Below are positions 1-11,119 of a stretch of 64,000 nt of DNA, piece after piece; position 1 is the stretch's first letter, and each line of letters opens with the position of its first letter. The stretch is from NCBI GenBank assembly GCA_965208105.1, contig OZ242318.1, forward strand, positions 32,001 to 96,000, written 5' to 3'. The notes below the pieces were generated by a model. That model was not told where the DNA came from. It did no database searches and worked only from the letters and a program-made list of their open reading frames with translations. The position numbers were made by a program, and so were the translations under genes. The stretch comes from Candidatus Latescibacterota bacterium. GTDB lineage: Bacteria; Latescibacterota; UBA2968; UBA8231.

Positions 1-613
1 GCGGGATTCCCTGGCTAAACTCAAGGGTCTGCTGCCGCCGCCCCGCCCCTGGCCCCTCTGGGTCCTGGCTCCTCTGGCGGTGGTTATTGTTCTGCTGAGC
101 GTCGTCCAGATGTGCCATACAGCCCGTATTTCCGGCGGATGGATTGCGCCGCTGGCGCAGATTCATTCCATGGCCAGACCGCTGCGCCTGGTCAACGGGT
201 ACGGCCTCTTCGCCGTGATGACAACCTCCCGTCCCGAAATAGAGGTGGAGGGGAGCGTCGATGGGAGGACGTGGAAGGTTTACGAGTTCAAGTGGAAGGC
301 GGGAGATCCACGCCGCGCACCGGCCTTCGTCCAACCCCATATGCCCCGCCTGGACTGGCAGATGTGGTTCGCCGCCCTGGGAACCTACAGGGACAATCCC
401 TGGTTCCTGAACTTCATCGTGCGGTTGCTCCAGGGCTCGCCGGCGGTGGTGGATTTGCTGGCGGTGAATCCCTTTCCGCGGCAGCCTCCCCTCTACGTCC
501 GCGCCCGGCTCTACGATTACCGCTTCGCGGGCTGGGACGAAAGGCGCGAGGGAGTATGGTGGAAGAGGCGCCTGAAGGGAACCTACTGTCCTCCGGTCTC
601 GTTGCGCCGATAA
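1..613 (+). CDS. Lipase maturation factor (LMF1) family protein, C-terminal part; 5' end probably outside the window
   Basis: Motifs NGYGLFAVMTTSRPEI, YEFKWKAGD and PHMPRLDWQMWFAAL are typical of the LMF C-terminal domain. Confidence 0.85.
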   Translation, partial: RDSLAKLKGLLPPPRPWPLWVLAPLAVVIVLLSVVQMCHTARISGGWIAPLAQIHSMARPLRLVNGYGLFAVMTTSRPEIEVEGSVDGRTWKVYEFKWKAGDPRRAPAFVQPHMPRLDWQMWFAALGTYRDNPWFLNFIVRLLQGSPAVVDLLAVNPFPRQPPLYVRARLYDYRFAGWDERREGVWWKRRLKGTYCPPVSLRR

Positions 614-761
614 CCGGGACCTGTGACAATCCTCCCGGCTGCCGGGGCTATCGCCAACCAGGATAAGGGAGGCTGAACCGTTCTTGGTCGGCACCCTCCC
701 TTTCGGTTAGATTTGAATGCGCATTCCAAGTGGGATGGCAACCGATGATGGGGGCGTGCTC

Positions 762-1328
762 ATGGACGAGAACAAATTGGCCAGGCGAGAGGAAGCGCAG
801 TCCAGGCGCGACCATATTCCCGCGCCAGTGCGAAGGGATTTGAGCCGGAGGATCTGCGCGCGGGTAATTGCCTGGATCGAACTGCGCGGGGTCGAAACAG
901 TCATGCTTTACCTGAGCATGCGGAGCGAGGTCGAAACAGACGGCTTGCTCGATTATCTGATCACCGAGGGCAAAACCGTCCTCGCCCCCGTGATGGATGT
1001 GCGGAAGAAATCGCTGATACCCTGTCGCCTGACGGATCCCGCCATTGAACTCGGGACCAATTCTTTCGGGGTGCGGGAACCCGATCTGCGCTTGTGCAGC
1101 CCGTTTCCCCTGGAGGCCATTCGCCTGATCTGCGTGCCTGGACTGGCCTTCGACCGAAGGGGTTACCGCATAGGCTATGGAGGCGGATATTACGATCGCT
1201 TCCTGCCCCGCTGTCCGCAGGCGACCTGGATGGGAATGGCCTTCGAGGCGCAACTAATCGACGATACGCGGCCGCAGGCAAGGGATGTGCCCTTGCATTT
1301 CATTGCGACGGAGCGAAGGGTGCTTTAG
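762..1328 (+). CDS. ygfA: 5-formyltetrahydrofolate cyclo-ligase
   Basis: VPGLAFDRRGYRIGYGGGYYDRFL signature; start chosen at ATG 762 (the ORF is open from 717). Confidence 0.9.
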   Translation: MDENKLARREEAQSRRDHIPAPVRRDLSRRICARVIAWIELRGVETVMLYLSMRSEVETDGLLDYLITEGKTVLAPVMDVRKKSLIPCRLTDPAIELGTNSFGVREPDLRLCSPFPLEAIRLICVPGLAFDRRGYRIGYGGGYYDRFLPRCPQATWMGMAFEAQLIDDTRPQARDVPLHFIATERRVL

Positions 1329-1408
1329 GGTGGGCGCATTTCCTTCCCGCCGGCTGCCATCGGAATCCAGCCTGTCACCCTTGCGCGAATTCGTCCGGAC
1401 TTCCCGCG

Positions 1409-2044
1409 CTATTTGTCGGGCTGTGGAGTGACGCGCAAATACGGCTTGAGGGCTTCGAATCCTTTGGGGAACTTCGCCCTTGCTTCTTCGTCGGTCACCG
1501 CCGGAACCACGATGCAGTCTTCGCCGTCCTGCCAGTTGGCCGGAGTGGCCACGCTGTAGTTGGCGGTCAACTGCAGGGAATCGATCACCCGGAGAATCTC
1601 GTCGAAGTTGCGGCCGGTGGAGGCGGGATAGGTCAGGGTGAGCTTGACCTTCTTGTCGGGTCCGATGACGAAGACCGACCGCACGGTCATGTTGTCCAGG
1701 GCGTTGGGGTGGATCATGTCGTAGAGGTTGGCAACCTTGCGGTCCGGATCTGCGATGAGCGGGAAGTTGACGGTAGTGTTCTGAGTTTCGTTGATATCCC
1801 CGATCCAACTCCTGTGGGAGTCTACCGGGTCGACGCTGAGCCCGATTATTTTCACACCGCGCCTGGAGAACTCATCCTTGATCTTGGATACCGCGCCCAG
1901 TTCGGTGGTGCATACGGGGGTGAAGTCCGCAGGGTGCGAAAAAAGTACCGCCCAGTTGCCGCCGATCCACTCGTGGAAATCGATCGGACCCTCGGTGGTC
2001 TCAGCGCGGAAATCAGGGGCTTCGTCTCCCAGTTGGATAGCCAT
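1409..2044 (-). CDS. 1-Cys peroxiredoxin (Prx6 family)
   Basis: FSHPADFTPVCTTE active-site motif, YPASTGRNFDEILR, TPANW; GGAG RBS before MAIQLG. Confidence 0.95.
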   Translation of the reverse strand: MAIQLGDEAPDFRAETTEGPIDFHEWIGGNWAVLFSHPADFTPVCTTELGAVSKIKDEFSRRGVKIIGLSVDPVDSHRSWIGDINETQNTTVNFPLIADPDRKVANLYDMIHPNALDNMTVRSVFVIGPDKKVKLTLTYPASTGRNFDEILRVIDSLQLTANYSVATPANWQDGEDCIVVPAVTDEEARAKFPKGFEALKPYLRVTPQPDK

Positions 2045-2082
2045 TTGAGGTCTCCTTGTAGGTGTTGAAGTTTTTGTAATAT

Positions 2083-2111
2083 ACTTTAATGGCTTCGACA
2101 ACCGCTGTCAA
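2083..2111 (-). promoter_or_regulatory. Putative sigma70 promoter of the peroxiredoxin gene
   Basis: Minus strand reads TTGACA-17 nt-TAAAGT. Confidence 0.55.
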
Positions 2112-2129
2112 CCAAACAAGGGGGATGAA

Positions 2130-2987
2130 GTGAAGTCTGTTTTCCTGGCCATGGCGGCCGCGGCGTTATTGTGGACCCCTGCTCTCGGATGGTGGGGAGA
2201 CGGACATGGCCTTCTCACCCGCGCCGCTTTCCAGGCGCTGCCCGAGGATGTCCCGGCTTTCTTTCACCACGGAGGAGAAGTGGCCGCCAATGTGGTCTTC
2301 GACGCCGACCTGTTCAAGAACCGGGGGGTGGTTCGGGCGAGAGACGCCGAGCGTCCCGAACACTACTTCGACGTGGAACTGCTGCAGGGGCGCCAGCCGC
2401 CTTCGACGCGCTACGCTTTCCTCCAAATGTGCGCGGCCGAGGGTCTCGATCCCACTGCGGTGGGGCTGGCACCCTATGCGGTGGCTGAGTGGACCGAACG
2501 CCTGATGGTGGCCTTCGCCGAGCACCGCCGCTGGCCGCACAACGCGGCGATTCAAAGCAAGTGCCTTGTGTACGCCGGGTTTGCGGCCCACTATGCCCAG
2601 GACATTTGCCAGCCTTTGCACGTGACCATTCACTATGACGGCCGGGTGGGAGCTGACGGTGAATCCCCTCACTCGGGCATTCACGAAAGAGTGGATGCGC
2701 TGGTCGAAAGGATGGAGTTCGAACCGGAGAATCTGGCCAGGGGCCTGGAGATCGAGGCGGCGGATTCCCTCATGGCTGCCATTCTGGAGACCGTTGCCCA
2801 AAGCCGCGCTCATATCGATCTGGTCTACCGGCTCGAAGGGGAGCTGGTGACCGCCCAGACGCCCCAGGTGCGGGACTTTGCCTGGGAACGAGCTCGTGCT
2901 GCTGCCGGGTTTACGGCCGTGCTCTTCTTGACAGCCTGGGAGAAATCCGCGGAAATAAAATTGCCCTCCTGGCTCGATCGCGAGTAA
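2130..2987 (+). CDS. Secreted S1/P1 nuclease / zinc-dependent phospholipase C family protein
   Basis: Signal peptide followed by WWGDGH; HYFD, HYAQDICQPLH and HERVD zinc-ligand motifs. Confidence 0.75.
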   Translation: MKSVFLAMAAAALLWTPALGWWGDGHGLLTRAAFQALPEDVPAFFHHGGEVAANVVFDADLFKNRGVVRARDAERPEHYFDVELLQGRQPPSTRYAFLQMCAAEGLDPTAVGLAPYAVAEWTERLMVAFAEHRRWPHNAAIQSKCLVYAGFAAHYAQDICQPLHVTIHYDGRVGADGESPHSGIHERVDALVERMEFEPENLARGLEIEAADSLMAAILETVAQSRAHIDLVYRLEGELVTAQTPQVRDFAWERARAAAGFTAVLFLTAWEKSAEIKLPSWLDRE

Positions 2988-3003
2988 TCCAGGGCAAGGC
3001 GTC

Positions 3004-4161
3004 TCAAACCGATATGCTGAAACCAGCGCGGTCCCGGACCCCTCGCGCGAAGATATCCGGTTCGACGTCGAAGCCCGTTCCAGGGGTGTCGGGAACCAGG
3101 AGTTTTCCTTCGCTCACCTCCCAGCCTTCCTCTACGAGGCCGGGAACATGGGCGGGGCCTCCTTCGAGCAGGGCGTAGTTGGGAATGGACGCGGCGAAAT
3201 GGGCGTGTGCGTAGCGCTCGATGTAGCTTCCCCAGGTATGGGGGGCGCAGAGGGCTCCCCACCGTTCCAGGCGTCTGGAGACAGCCCGCCACCATGTCAG
3301 GCCGCAGTACCTGAAATCGTGTTGCACCACATTGATGAACCCCCTGGCCACGAGGTCGAAGAAGTAGGGAGGCGGGTGAAATTCTCCGTCCGCAATCATG
3401 GTGTCCCAGTTTCGCTCATCGATGAATTCCTTGAGGGCCCGGTTTAGGGCGGGATCCTCCGCGAAGGGCTCTTCGAACCAGTAGATCCCCACCTCCTCGC
3501 AGGAGCAGAGCAGATCCATGGCCGAGTTGAGAGTGGAGCCCATATTGGCGTCGATGAGAATCTTTGCCGTGGGGCCGGCGGCCTCTCGCACAGTCCGGAC
3601 CGCGAGTGTGTCCCGAGCCAGTCCCTGAGCAGAAGGCATCCACCGGGCCCCTCTTCCGACTTTGATCTTGAAATTGCGATATCCATGCACCTGGCCGCAG
3701 CTGACCTCCTCCCGAAAAATTTCTCGTGCCCGTTCGGGGCTGGCTTCGAGGTCGTCGATGTAGATCGAGCCGTCGTAGAGTTCGACCAGGCGCGAACCTC
3801 TGGCGCCGAGGAGGCGGTAGAGAGGAAGGTCCATGAGGCGGGCGACGAGGTCCCAGAGAGGAAGGTCCACGGGGATGCCTTCTTCCAATGATCCCTCCGG
3901 AAGCCGAAAGACGTCGCCGATTTCTCTGCCCAGAAGTGGCCGAGCCTGCTCGACACTGATGTTGGACCACCCCAGGCCCATGCCCCCGCCCGCGGTGTGG
4001 ATGCGGACCACCGGGTCGGTGACCTCGGGGCCGTGTGTGGGTATGCGCGCGTTGTAGCCGATGACGCGGGGACGCCGGCCGCGAAGCACGGACTTTTCTA
4101 TCCGGACGATGCGCTGGGAGAGTGGAGCCGTATTCAGGGTGAAGTCCTTTTTCCCGTGCAT
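3004..4161 (-). CDS. Mandelate racemase/muconate lactonizing enzyme (enolase superfamily) protein
   Basis: KIKVG, DAN, WFEEP and DGE metal-ligand motifs; start uncertain. Confidence 0.85.
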   Translation of the reverse strand: MHGKKDFTLNTAPLSQRIVRIEKSVLRGRRPRVIGYNARIPTHGPEVTDPVVRIHTAGGGMGLGWSNISVEQARPLLGREIGDVFRLPEGSLEEGIPVDLPLWDLVARLMDLPLYRLLGARGSRLVELYDGSIYIDDLEASPERAREIFREEVSCGQVHGYRNFKIKVGRGARWMPSAQGLARDTLAVRTVREAAGPTAKILIDANMGSTLNSAMDLLCSCEEVGIYWFEEPFAEDPALNRALKEFIDERNWDTMIADGEFHPPPYFFDLVARGFINVVQHDFRYCGLTWWRAVSRRLERWGALCAPHTWGSYIERYAHAHFAASIPNYALLEGGPAHVPGLVEEGWEVSEGKLLVPDTPGTGFDVEPDIFARGVRDRAGFSISV

Positions 4162-4301
4162 TTGACGGACACTCGAAGAGACAGCTAATATGGGCCATGG
4201 CCGCAAGATTGACCAACAAAAACCAAATTGGAGGTCCAGCTTGTGCGCAGGATAGCCGTAGATATCTTTAGCCTGGGCATGATCAAGGAATGGAGGAGTG
4301 T

Positions 4302-4838
4302 ATGAGTGGTGTGGAAAGGGGAAGGCCCGACCGCAACGAGTACTACATGCGTATTGCCATGGCGGTGCGGGCGCGGGCAAACTGCCTGGGCAACCGGGTG
4401 GGAGCCATCCTGGTGCTGGACGACCGCATCATATCAACCGGCTACAACGGCACTCCGGCAGACATGGTCAACTGCACGGATGGAGGCTGCGAGCGCTGCC
4501 TGAACCGGGGCCGGTACGAGTCCGGAAAGGACTACGATCTGTGCATTTGCGTCCATGCCGAGCAGAACGCTCTGCTGTCGGCGGCGCGCTTCGGCATTGC
4601 CACCGAGGGAGCGGTGCTCTATTCCACCATGAGGCCCTGCTTCGGGTGTACCAAGGAGTTGCTGCAGGCCAAGATCAGGGCGGTGTACTACCTGCACGAA
4701 TGGATTTATCCGGATCTGGAAAGGCAGAGGAACTACGCCCATTTACAGGATCAATTCCCCGCCGGCGTCTTTCAGGTGGATATCGAGGACGATGAGGCCT
4801 TGTGGGCGGTGTCTGCCCTGAGGTCGGATACAGGTTAG
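4302..4838 (+). CDS. dCMP deaminase (ComEB-like)
   Basis: TGYNG, HAEQNA and PCFGC zinc deaminase motifs; GGAGGAG RBS. Confidence 0.9.
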   Translation: MSGVERGRPDRNEYYMRIAMAVRARANCLGNRVGAILVLDDRIISTGYNGTPADMVNCTDGGCERCLNRGRYESGKDYDLCICVHAEQNALLSAARFGIATEGAVLYSTMRPCFGCTKELLQAKIRAVYYLHEWIYPDLERQRNYAHLQDQFPAGVFQVDIEDDEALWAVSALRSDTG

Positions 4839-4850
4839 GAGATTGCTTGC

Positions 4851-6683
4851 ATGTGCGGGATCATCGGTTACGTAGGCAGGAAGCCGGTAGTGGAGGTGTT
4901 GCTAAACGGATTGCAGCGCCTCGAATACCGCGGCTACGACTCGGCGGGGATGGCCGCCATCGACGGAGGGCGGCTGCACATCGAGCGCGCCGCGGGCAAG
5001 GTGGCCGAGTTGGCAGGCCGCGTCGATGGCAAGCCCTGCGATGGAACCATCGGAATCGCCCATACGCGCTGGGCTACTCATGGCCGGCCCAGCGTGATGA
5101 ATGCCCACCCCCACACCGATGCAGGCGGGCGCATTGCCCTGGTCCACAACGGCATAATCGAGAACCACGGCGCCATCCGCTCCTATCTGGAGAATGAGGG
5201 AGTTCCGTTCAAGAGCGAGACGGATACGGAAGCTCTGGTCCAGCTCATGGGGTTTTTCTACGACCAGAGCGACGATTTGCTCGGCAGTGTCCGCAGCGCC
5301 CTTCAAGAGGTCAACGGAACCTATGGGGTGGCCATAGTGTGCGCCGATGAACCCCATACCCTGATTGCGGCGCGCCGCGGCAGTCCATTGATCGTCGGCA
5401 TCGGAGATCGCGAATTCCTGGTGGCCTCGGATGGCAGCGCCATCGTCGAGCACACAAGCCAGGTGGTCTATCTGCACGACAACGAGATGGTCCGCCTGGG
5501 AGCGGACGGGATGCATGTCAGTACCATAGACGCCGAACCGGTCCACAAGGAGGTGGACCTCCTGGAGCTGACTCTCGAGGAGATCCAGCTCGGCGGCTAC
5601 GAGCACTACATGCTTAAGGAGATCTACGAGCAACCCGAGGGCTTGCGCAACGTCATGCGGGGGCGGCTCGACCGAAGCTCTGAGTGCCTGCGTCTCGGGG
5701 GCCTGGACAACTGCGCCGGCGAATTGTCGCGCTGCCGGCGATTGCTGCTGGCCGCCAATGGAACCGCCTGGCACGCGGCATTGATCGGAGAATACCTCTT
5801 CGAGGAGCTGGCGCGCGTGCCGACGGAGGTGGAATACGCCAGCGAGTTGTGCTACCGCAATCCGATCGTGGAGGGGGATACTCTGGCCATCGTGATCAGT
5901 CAGTCCGGAGAGACCTTCGATACCCTGGCAGCACTGCGCGAGCTGAGAACCAAGGGGGCGATGGTGTTGGGCATTGTCAACGTGGTGGGCTCGACCATCG
6001 CCCGCGAAACCGATGCCGGCGTCTACCTGCACGTGGGGCCCGAGATCGGCGTGGCCAGCACCAAGGCTTTCACGGCGCAGATCGCCGTCCTCGCCATGAT
6101 GGCCACCGACCTGGGTCGGCACCGCCATCTTTCGCCCGAGCGCACCGTCGAAATCCTGGAGGAACTGGCGAGGATCCCGGAAAGTGTCGAGGAGGTCCTC
6201 ACTCTCGACCAGGAGATCCAGGCCTTGAGCGCACGCTTCGCCGAGCACGACAACTGGCTCTATATGGGCCGCGGAGTGAACTATCCGGTCGCCCTCGAGG
6301 GAGCTCTCAAGATCAAGGAGATCAGCTATATCCACGCCGAGGGTCTGCCCGCAGCGGAGATGAAGCACGGACCCCTGGCGCTCATCGATGAGGATATGCC
6401 CGTGGTCGTGGTCGCGCCCAGGGACCATACATACGACAAGATTCTGGCCAATATCGAGGAGGTCCGCGGCCGCGGCGGCCGCATCATCGCCATTGCCACG
6501 GAGGGCGACACCCAGCTTGAGAAGGCGGCCGAAGAGGTACTCTACGTGCCCGCAACCCTGCCCATGCTCTCCCCCCTGCTTACCACCATACCATTGCAGT
6601 TGCTGGCCTACCACACCGCCGTGATTCGCGGCCACGACGTGGACAAACCGCGGAATCTGGCCAAAAGCGTCACGGTGGAGTAG
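4851..6683 (+). CDS. glmS: Glutamine-fructose-6-phosphate aminotransferase
   Basis: MCGI start, LEYRGYDSAG, HTRWATHG, SQSGET, C-terminal PRNLAKSVTVE. Confidence 0.95.
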   Translation: MCGIIGYVGRKPVVEVLLNGLQRLEYRGYDSAGMAAIDGGRLHIERAAGKVAELAGRVDGKPCDGTIGIAHTRWATHGRPSVMNAHPHTDAGGRIALVHNGIIENHGAIRSYLENEGVPFKSETDTEALVQLMGFFYDQSDDLLGSVRSALQEVNGTYGVAIVCADEPHTLIAARRGSPLIVGIGDREFLVASDGSAIVEHTSQVVYLHDNEMVRLGADGMHVSTIDAEPVHKEVDLLELTLEEIQLGGYEHYMLKEIYEQPEGLRNVMRGRLDRSSECLRLGGLDNCAGELSRCRRLLLAANGTAWHAALIGEYLFEELARVPTEVEYASELCYRNPIVEGDTLAIVISQSGETFDTLAALRELRTKGAMVLGIVNVVGSTIARETDAGVYLHVGPEIGVASTKAFTAQIAVLAMMATDLGRHRHLSPERTVEILEELARIPESVEEVLTLDQEIQALSARFAEHDNWLYMGRGVNYPVALEGALKIKEISYIHAEGLPAAEMKHGPLALIDEDMPVVVVAPRDHTYDKILANIEEVRGRGGRIIAIATEGDTQLEKAAEEVLYVPATLPMLSPLLTTIPLQLLAYHTAVIRGHDVDKPRNLAKSVTVE

Positions 6684-6700
6684 CTGGTTCGACAGAATCC

Positions 6701-7963
6701 ATGCGCATTCTGGTCTACGAGGACTCCGGCTGGCAGAAGTTTCTTCCTCTCGTCTACATGCGGGCGGTTTTTCAGTTGGTCTGCGGCATGGGAGACCTGC
6801 TGGCCAGGGTCCTCACCCTGAGTGCCCGCTGCGGCCGCGCAGATGCTGCTCCGGCCCTCTGGTGTCGCCCGGGGCTGGCCGGGGTCGTCGCCGTGAACAC
6901 CGGACTGGAGACCAACCAGCCCCTGGCCGGATCGACCTTGCTGCTCAACGGCAGGGGTCTTTGGACTCGCCTGCCCTCTGTCAGTCCCGGCGATCCGGCC
7001 TGGATAGGCACCGCTGGTTCCCTGGAACGGGTGGCGTGCGTCTTCGCCGATGCTGCGTTGGCAGCGCAGTTGTCTCCCGAACTTCTCCTGGACCGGGAGA
7101 AGAGCTCGGCCCTGCTGCAGGCCCTGCCCCGGCGGGATGTGAGCGCGGATGTGACCCTGCTGGAGTGGCCGTGGGAAATCGTCCGCGCCCTGAAAGGGGC
7201 GCTGGCAGAAGACTGGATTCACCGGGGCGGCAGGGGAGCCATTCTGGGGGAGGTGGACGGGGCCAGCCACGTCCTCGGAGCTGAGACGGTCCATATAGGT
7301 GAGGGGACGCAGCTGAAGCCGTGCGCGGTGATTGACGCGGGCAAGGGGCCGGTGTGGATCGGCCGCAAGGCCGAGATCCTGCCCCACGCCTATGTGGAGG
7401 GACCTGCCTTCATAGGGGATGGCTGCCGCCTGCAGCCCGGTGCAGTTGTGCGAGCAAGTTTTATCGGGCCGGTCTGCAGGATCGGGGGGGAGGTCGAGGG
7501 GAGTATCGTGCAAAGCTGCTCCAACAAACAGCACCACGGGTTTCTGGGTCACGGCTATGTCGGGTCCTGGGTTAACCTCGCGGCGGGCTGCGTCAGCGGC
7601 GACCTCAAGAATACCTACGGCAGCGTGCGCGTGCCGGTCAACGGGCGCGAGGTGGACAGCGGCGAGCAGTTTGTCGGGACGTTCGTCGGCGATCATAGCA
7701 AGATCGGCACCAACGTCGCGTTGCCGCCGGGAGCCGTGGTCGGATTCTGCAGCAGCGTCGCGACTTCGCGCATTCCCAAATTCGTCCCCAGTTTTTCCTG
7801 GATCGACGGGGACAGAAGGGAGCGCTACGCCGGGGACCGCGGGCTGGAGGTTGCGCGCAAGGCGATGGCGCGGCGCGGCAAGGAGATGGGCGCGGCGGCG
7901 GAGCGCGTCTTTCTCGAGGTCAGCCGGCAGGCTCGGGAGCTGGAGTACGTGGAAGAGTTGTGA
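6701..7963 (+). CDS. GlmU-related putative sugar nucleotidyl/acetyltransferase (hexapeptide repeat)
   Basis: N-terminal FLPLVYMRAVFQLVCG, left-handed beta-helix repeats, SNKQHHGFLG, DLKNTYG; follows glmS. Confidence 0.75.
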   Translation: MRILVYEDSGWQKFLPLVYMRAVFQLVCGMGDLLARVLTLSARCGRADAAPALWCRPGLAGVVAVNTGLETNQPLAGSTLLLNGRGLWTRLPSVSPGDPAWIGTAGSLERVACVFADAALAAQLSPELLLDREKSSALLQALPRRDVSADVTLLEWPWEIVRALKGALAEDWIHRGGRGAILGEVDGASHVLGAETVHIGEGTQLKPCAVIDAGKGPVWIGRKAEILPHAYVEGPAFIGDGCRLQPGAVVRASFIGPVCRIGGEVEGSIVQSCSNKQHHGFLGHGYVGSWVNLAAGCVSGDLKNTYGSVRVPVNGREVDSGEQFVGTFVGDHSKIGTNVALPPGAVVGFCSSVATSRIPKFVPSFSWIDGDRRERYAGDRGLEVARKAMARRGKEMGAAAERVFLEVSRQARELEYVEEL

Positions 7964-8028
7964 GCAGCGGCGGAAAGGAGATGGCGGCGGGAATGCGCTG
8001 GGGCGGCCCTCTAGCCTTGCGGTCACGG

Positions 8029-8065
8029 GCGCGGGGGCCGAAGACACGGTCTGCGGCCCCCGCGC
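8029..8065. terminator. Strong GC hairpin between convergent genes, possible bidirectional terminator
   Basis: GCGCGGGGGCCG...CGGCCCCCGCGC 12-bp inverted repeat; no clear U tract. Confidence 0.45.
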
Positions 8066-8123
8066 GGTTGCTCAGGAGTTTCCTGCGTCAGCCGCCCGGA
8101 TGGACTTCATCAACGGGCTGCTA

Positions 8124-8284
8124 GTGTTCCGCCGCAGAGATAGGTTGACGCAATTGGGCCGCCGAGGCGCCCGGCTCACAAGGCGCCTGAGCAAGTCGTA
8201 CCAGTGGTGTACGGCGAGTGAAGGCAACGCCGTGAGCCGGGATGGATCGGCGGAATAATGGCGACATATTTCTGCGACGCAACA

Positions 8285-8285
<1 letters not shown>
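8124..8285. mobile_element. 162-bp nested-palindromic MITE-like element, copy 1, bounded by CTAG at both ends
   Basis: Imperfect terminal inverted repeats GTGTTCCGCCGCAGAGATA / TATTTCTGCGACGCAACAC; matches the reverse complement of 37613-37774 with about 8 differences by eye. Confidence 0.8.
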
Positions 8286-9757
<1,472 letters not shown>

Positions 9758-9940
9758 CTAAAGGCTCCTTGGTTGAAAATATGGAGTGGGTGAGGACAAC
9801 CACGGGCGGCGCCGTGCATTCCCTTGCAGGATGATGACTTCAGCGTTGACGCCGCCCATTTTGTCGAAGGTTCGCTGTCGATCCCTTGCGGCAGGGGATA
9901 TCTCACCATACAGGTCTGCCGCTTCATCTGAGAAAAATCT

Positions 9941-9969
9941 ATATTACTTCCAGGCCGATGGACTGTCAA
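9941..9969 (-). promoter_or_regulatory. Putative sigma70 promoter of glnA
   Basis: Minus strand reads TTGACA-17 nt-TAATAT, about 180 nt upstream of the ATG. Confidence 0.65.
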
Positions 9970-9992
9970 GAAGTTCGGGCGGATAATTGACC

Positions 9993-10934
9993 ATGTACTC
10001 GATTGGAGTTGACGGGGGAGGCACCCGCACACGAGCGGTAATGGTAGACGGCGAGGGAGCAATAAGCGCCGTGTCCACGGGGGGCTGTGGAAATGTTCAG
10101 GTAGTGGGACTCGGAGGACTGAAATCCCTCCTGGACCGGCTGTTGGGCGAGTTGGGAGCGGTCTCGCAGGACCGCTCTCTATGCCTGGCTCTGGCAGGCG
10201 CCGGACGCCGCCCGGAACGGATGGCCATTGCCGCGATGGCGCGGTCCAGAGGCTGGGCTCAAAGGGTCGAGGTCGTGAGCGACGCAGAGGGTGCGCTCAC
10301 GGGGGCGCATGGAGGCGGACCGGGTCTTATCGCGATATCAGGCACTGGTTCCATCGTCCTGGGCAGGGACGAGAGCGGACGCGAGGCCCGCGCTGGCGGT
10401 TGGGGCCCCTTGCTGGGAGACGAGGGCAGCGGTTACTCGATCGGGCTCGAAGCTCTGCGCGCGGTTTTGAGAGCGGAAGACGGGTGGGGGGATAAAACGC
10501 TGTTGGCCGGTGAGCTGGAAAAGGCCCTGGGGTTGGAGAATTGGGATCAGCTGGTGCAGAAGGTATACAGGAGCGAGATCGACCGGGAGCACATTTCAGC
10601 CCTGTGCCCCCTGGTGTTTGCCGCGGCCCGCCGCGGTGACGGAGCCGCGCGGAAAATCATTGCGGAAGCAGGAAGCGCGCTGGGCAGCCAGGTGTCCGCG
10701 GTGGCGAGGCGGTTGTGCCTGCGGGGAGCGGTGGCCTTGTCCTGTACCGGCGGAGTATTCAAAGAAAGGGAGATGCTGTGGCCTTCGATGCAGAGGGCTG
10801 TGCGGGGGGAGGTGGAAACGCTGCGGTTCACCAAGCCATTGCTGCCCCCCGTTCTCGGAGCAGTGCTGATCGCACGCAGACAGGCGGGCCTGGACTGCGG
10901 CAGGGAATTCATCGACCTTCTCGCCCGCTCCTGA
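9993..10934 (+). CDS. BadF/BadG/BcrA/BcrD ATPase family sugar kinase (GlcNAc/MurNAc kinase-like)
   Basis: GVDGGGTRT, ISGTGS, GGWGPLLGDEGSG. Confidence 0.85.
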   Translation: MYSIGVDGGGTRTRAVMVDGEGAISAVSTGGCGNVQVVGLGGLKSLLDRLLGELGAVSQDRSLCLALAGAGRRPERMAIAAMARSRGWAQRVEVVSDAEGALTGAHGGGPGLIAISGTGSIVLGRDESGREARAGGWGPLLGDEGSGYSIGLEALRAVLRAEDGWGDKTLLAGELEKALGLENWDQLVQKVYRSEIDREHISALCPLVFAAARRGDGAARKIIAEAGSALGSQVSAVARRLCLRGAVALSCTGGVFKEREMLWPSMQRAVRGEVETLRFTKPLLPPVLGAVLIARRQAGLDCGREFIDLLARS

Positions 10935-11119
10935 TTGCCCTTGAGTCCAGTATTTTCATCCCACTTGAATACCTCGGCGAAGTGTGGTTCCGCCGTCGAA
11001 TTCGGGCAGTTCGGCCCCCTTGACAAGATGTCCATTACTCTTATCGTTTTTCAATAATTGCCCTGTCCAGGATTTTAGTTGACAGAAATTCTGCATCGGC
11101 AGAGAAGGTTGACCCTCTG

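Noticed and set aside
10935-11119. CIRCE operator upstream of hrcA
   Set aside because: No TTAGCACTC-N9-GAGTGCTAA match was visible; only TTGACA boxes at about 11020 and 11079
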